Both the position numbers and the translations under genes were made by a program. This document shows, one piece after another, positions 60,327 to 64,000 of a DNA stretch of 64,000 nucleotides (the stretch's first letter is position 1; each line of letters opens with the position of its first letter). This DNA comes from Peribolospora baueri (taxonomy: Eukaryota). The notes under the pieces were generated by a model. It did not search any database and was not told the DNA's origin. It worked only from the letters and a program-made list of their open reading frames with translations. The DNA lies in NCBI GenBank assembly GCA_029717555.1, contig JAMDHS010000045.1, positions 62,001 through 126,000 of the forward strand. Reading direction: 5' to 3'.

Positions 60327-60357
60327 GCACGTGGTCGTCGCGCGCTGGCACGTGGTC
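60327..60357. promoter_or_regulatory. Direct repeat GCACGTGGTC x2 (E-box pair) upstream of BCKDH E2
   Basis: Copies at 60327-60336 and 60348-60357, 21-bp period, about 85-115 bp upstream of the ATG. Confidence 0.45.
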
Positions 60358-60572
60358 ACGTTTCTGCGCGCGTTCTACGACTACTGCGGCTGGCGGCCAT
60401 CATCAGCACCAGCACATCGACATCTTCTCGGAACGAACGCCCGCTCATGTACAGGTTCCTATCTCTTTCACCCGTCCTCTATCCGTCTACAGTGGGCCGC
60501 CCATCGTGACCAGAAGCTGAACGTGTAATGCAAGCACATATGCACGACAGACGGAGAAACAACGGCTGACGC

Positions 60573-62836
60573 CTACCAACTGTTCCCGCCTTCATCGCCC
60601 AATCCATCTTCCCCACCTTCATCCCCATCATCCCACATATCTCGCCGCCCCACGTCTCCCCATCTCCTGAACGCCGAATCCTCCCATTCCCCGCCAATCC
60701 TCCCGGCATCAGGGCCCCACGGATCCTCCCCGCGCTCGTCCCACACTTCGTCTTGTCCCCCGGAACCGTACTGGGGCGGACGGGGCGTGGTTTGTGGCGA
60801 AGAAGGATCGGCGGAGGGAAACGGAGGTGCAGCATCTGCAGAGGCACGCGGATCGGGCTCCTGACCTTGAAGCGCGTCCCGTCCGCCTCCAAATAACCCC
60901 CCAGCGATCCCAGCCGCACCGCCCACCATTCCGGGTCCGAACTCTCCGCCGCTCCAAGGGCTCGCTCCGCCGTACTGACCCGCGTCTCCGGAGGGAACTT
61001 GCACGCTGCCAGGCGCGGACGAAGGTGGCTCGGACGAGGAAGGTGACTGTTGCTGCTCCTGTCCTTGTCGATCCCCATCTTCGCGGTACTCCTGACCTCC
61101 TCCGCCCATCCAGAAGAATGGGAAGAAGCCTCCTGAACCGGAGTGCCGGGAGAAGTAATCGACTGGAAGGACATAACCGGCGGTGAAGCGGAGATGATAT
61201 CAAAACGAAAGGGGAGTGAGCAAACAGAGCTCCAAACAGGTTGATGGCGTATGGGTAGGGTATGCCATGCAGCCAGCGAATCACTCACAGTCGATCGAGA
61301 CGGCCGTGGCCAGCGTGACGGCGCGCTCATCGAGCGTGAGCGGCCTGACCGCACGCTCTTCCACCGCCTTACCGCCCACTACGCCTGGCGTCGTGAGACT
61401 GGGAGCAAACATATCTTCTTGAGCGACGGCTTCGAACCGGATGACTGGCGATGGAGGAGGCAACAGGAAGAGAAAAAGAAAGGTTCGGACGTGAGCAAGG
61501 CGCGCGGCGGTACGGAAGGAGCGCTGTCGGTGAATTAACCAGTATATAGACCACCTACCATATTGGCCTGTGTCGGTGAACAGTTCCCTCCCGAATCCTC
61601 TAAAATTCCGATTGATAGCACCAACCGGGTTCCCATCCGCGTCTTGCAAATAGAAGTCCCAGCTCAGCAAGGGTGCATCGATGTAGGCGAACTGATCCAA
61701 GTGTTCCTTCTCAGGCTCGGAGGAGGGGGGCCGGTTGAGGAAAAGATCAAACTTGCGCCTCCACGGGTGCCAGACTTGTTGTGCCTCGCCTATCAACATC
61801 GGCTTTTCTAGTGACGCCGGCGGATATGGAGAGTTGGGATACGAAGAAGTGGAGTAAACAAAGGCGCGAGAGTTGATGAGTTTGTACGGCCGGCGAATCT
61901 GGACGAGAGGATTGCGAGAAAGAGCAAGGCGATTGCAAGTTAATACTCTGCTCCAGCTAGGGCGGCGCAAGTTTGAAGAAGTGCTGGCTCACGATAAGCA
62001 CGATCCGGCCCGTGGCATCCATCACGAAGGATCGAAACGGTCGATGAGTCCGAAAGACTTGTCGTTGAAACGCCCCTCCAAAAATGCCGGTTTCCTCCTC
62101 GGCCATGTAGCCTACGTGAGCACCGTTCGGTGCTAGGATGGCATATCGATTGGCCTACGAGGTCGGTTCAACAAGAGTCATGCGCGCAACGAGAAAGTCA
62201 GTCTGATGGCAGCGAAAGAGAGCACACCTGAGCAGCGCCCTGGCCTCACCTGCTCAAACCCCATGAACACGTTCATCATTTCCAGTTCCCTCGTGACGAC
62301 CAGCGCACTATTCCCCAACAGCCGCGACACGCCACCTCCGTCGTCGGACACATCATCGCGTTGCAAGACGCCATCGGGATCATACGGTACAACGACGGGC
62401 GTGAGCAATGCGGCGTTGACGGGCGGATCCTGCCGCGAGTCTTGCGACGGATAATAGAAAGGTCGGTCGTGGGAGGCCTGGGCGCCAGAGGCGGAGGAAG
62501 ACGGACCAGGTCGACCGGCACCACGAGCTGAGCGCGGGCCTGCACACCCCAATTGCCGGCAAGAACATTCGCCAAGTCAGCCTTGAATCGTAGATCGGAA
62601 AGATGCTGTTTGCGGCAGTAAGCTGGGCATTCCCGACAACCAAAAGCCGTCTACCCACCGGTATGTCGTGGGAACCTGGACAAGGCATACGATCTCTGGA
62701 GACCCAAACTGAGAGCGGCCGATGAAGGCGGTGGTGGTGCGATGGCAGCCGTCGAACCAGGCGACAGTTGGTGCCCGATGCTTCGCAAGACGGACCCGCT
62801 GTGCCGCCCTGCTAGCATCATTCGTGTCGAGAGCAT
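60573..62836 (-). CDS. AIM25: Phospholipid scramblase-family protein, Aim25-like (mitochondrial)
   Basis: Presequence MLSTRMMLAGRH..., then NSALVVTRELEMMNVFMGFEQ|ANRYAI...RQVFRTHRPF...IRRPYKLINSR...WHPWRRKFDLF...IDAPLLSWDF...FGRELFTDTGQY...LTLDERAVTLATAVSID|FDYFSRHS. Confidence 0.9.
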
Positions 62837-63194
62837 TTCTACACTGCGATTGGCGTCTGCCGAATCGTGCTGACGCCAAACGGGCGCTGGTAAGAAATGG
62901 AACACCGACGAAACGCAGCGCCGACCGACCGATCACCATTTTTGGCTGCGCATCTTGACCGCTGACTAAGCTTCCCTGGAATCTTCTCGCCGCAGTCATT
63001 GCAAACCCTAGCCATTGCCTGCAGTGGACGTCAGACGTTTGGGAGGCAGCTCCAGATAGATGCCTGGCGACGCACCACGACTGCCGGCTTTGTTCGCACG
63101 TACGCTCAAGCGGCCTTGTCCCACTTGGACTCAACTCACTCCCCCCCGGGTACCTCCTGTTGCGCCGTCGCCTGCCTCTAGACTTGCCCAAGCG

Positions 63195-64000
63195 ATGCCC
63201 AAGGCCACCGCGCCGTCCAGGCCCCTCAACGGGCTCTTCGCCATCGACAAACCCTCGGGCCCGACATCCATGTCTTTACTCGACCGGCTTAAACCTCTTT
63301 TCTCCGAGTCTCCCCTCTTTCATGACCCCAATGGCGATGCGGGAGGAGGGAGAGGGGGCAAGGGGGGAAGGAGACGCAGGGGCAAGCAGAGGTTCAGGAT
63401 AGGCAACACGCAGCTCAAAATGGGCCAGGGCGGGACGTTGGACCCGTTGGCCAGCGGCGTACTGGGTGAGCTTCGGATATCGAGCGTGTATTTATCTGTT
63501 CTGCTCAGAAGGCCGCGATCCGAGTCTTGTCTACATCTCCCTTTTCGTTCCCCTGTCCCTACAGTCATTGGCGTTGGCGCTGGCACCAAGCAACTCTCCC
63601 GCTTTCTTGACTGTACGAAGGTGAGAGCTCGGAGGTGGGCGGACAAAGAGGGTGCATATCAATCCTATGTACGTATATCTCCTTTTCATTCTAATCACAT
63701 GTCTCATTCTCGCCGCCAGGAATACGTCACCACAGGCCTGTTGGGCTGCTCGACCGATTCCTACGACTCTGAAGGCGCCATAGTCTCTCGCGCCCCCTAC
63801 TCCCACTTGACTCCCGAACCTTCGGGTTCATCACGCCTCCTCTCAGCCCTCCCCTCCTTCCGAGGCCCCATCTCTCAGCTCCCTCCCCTCTACTCCGCCC
63901 TCAAGATGGACGGCAAACCGCTTTTCGAGTACGCGCGAGAGGGAAAGGAGCTTCCGAGGCCGATCGAGAGGAGGAACGTGAGGGTGGACGAACTGGAGTT
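63195..64000 (+). CDS. PUS4: tRNA pseudouridine-55 synthase (TruB family), 3' end outside the window
   Basis: LNGLFAIDKPSGPTS, KMGQGGTLDPLASGVL|VIGVG, K|EYVTTGLLGCSTDSYD, QLPPLYSALKMDGKPLFEYAREG. Confidence 0.94.
   Translation, partial: MPKATAPSRPLNGLFAIDKPSGPTSMSLLDRLKPLFSESPLFHDPNGDAGGGRGGKGGRRRRGKQRFRIGNTQLKMGQGGTLDPLASGVLGELRISSVYLSVLLRRPRSESCLHLPFRSPVPTVIGVGAGTKQLSRFLDCTKVRARRWADKEGAYQSYVRISPFHSNHMSHSRRQEYVTTGLLGCSTDSYDSEGAIVSRAPYSHLTPEPSGSSRLLSALPSFRGPISQLPPLYSALKMDGKPLFEYAREGKELPRPIERRNVRVDELE

Overview
Eukaryotic, GC-rich, intron-rich DNA, most likely from a basidiomycete fungus (donors GTGAGT/GTGAGC/GTGCGT, CTGAC/CTAAC branch sites, CAG/TAG/AAG acceptors). I reconstructed about 21 protein-coding genes by hand from splice signals and recalled family motifs; no searches were run. 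In order: tricalbin, RPL37, RPL30, MRP10/mS37, Sec61-beta, an RWD-RBR E3 ligase (RNF14/Itt1-like), a small membrane protein, RPB4, an intronless ~1925-aa low-complexity protein, DNA polymerase eta, an APSES transcription factor behind ~7.5 kb of microsatellite-rich DNA, an F-box/LRR protein, a hemerythrin-like (HHE) protein, phosphomannomutase, a J-domain protein, SGT2, a tiny membrane protein not recovered intact by the ORF track, BCKDH E2, an AIM25-type scramblase and PUS4 (truncated by the window end). I saw no mobile elements, CRISPR arrays, tRNA or rRNA. Most notable: (1) the tiny gene at 57105-57736, whose best model needs a single-nucleotide exon (G57461); (2) an unassigned ~300-nt highly base-paired element downstream of RPL30, a candidate ncRNA; (3) a palindromic telo-box element in the RPL37/RPL30 bidirectional promoter, with the motif recurring at other translation genes; (4) micro-exons, a stop-free 3n GC-AG intron and a candidate poison exon; (5) CACGTG clusters. 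These are hypotheses from manual reading, not confirmed systems.
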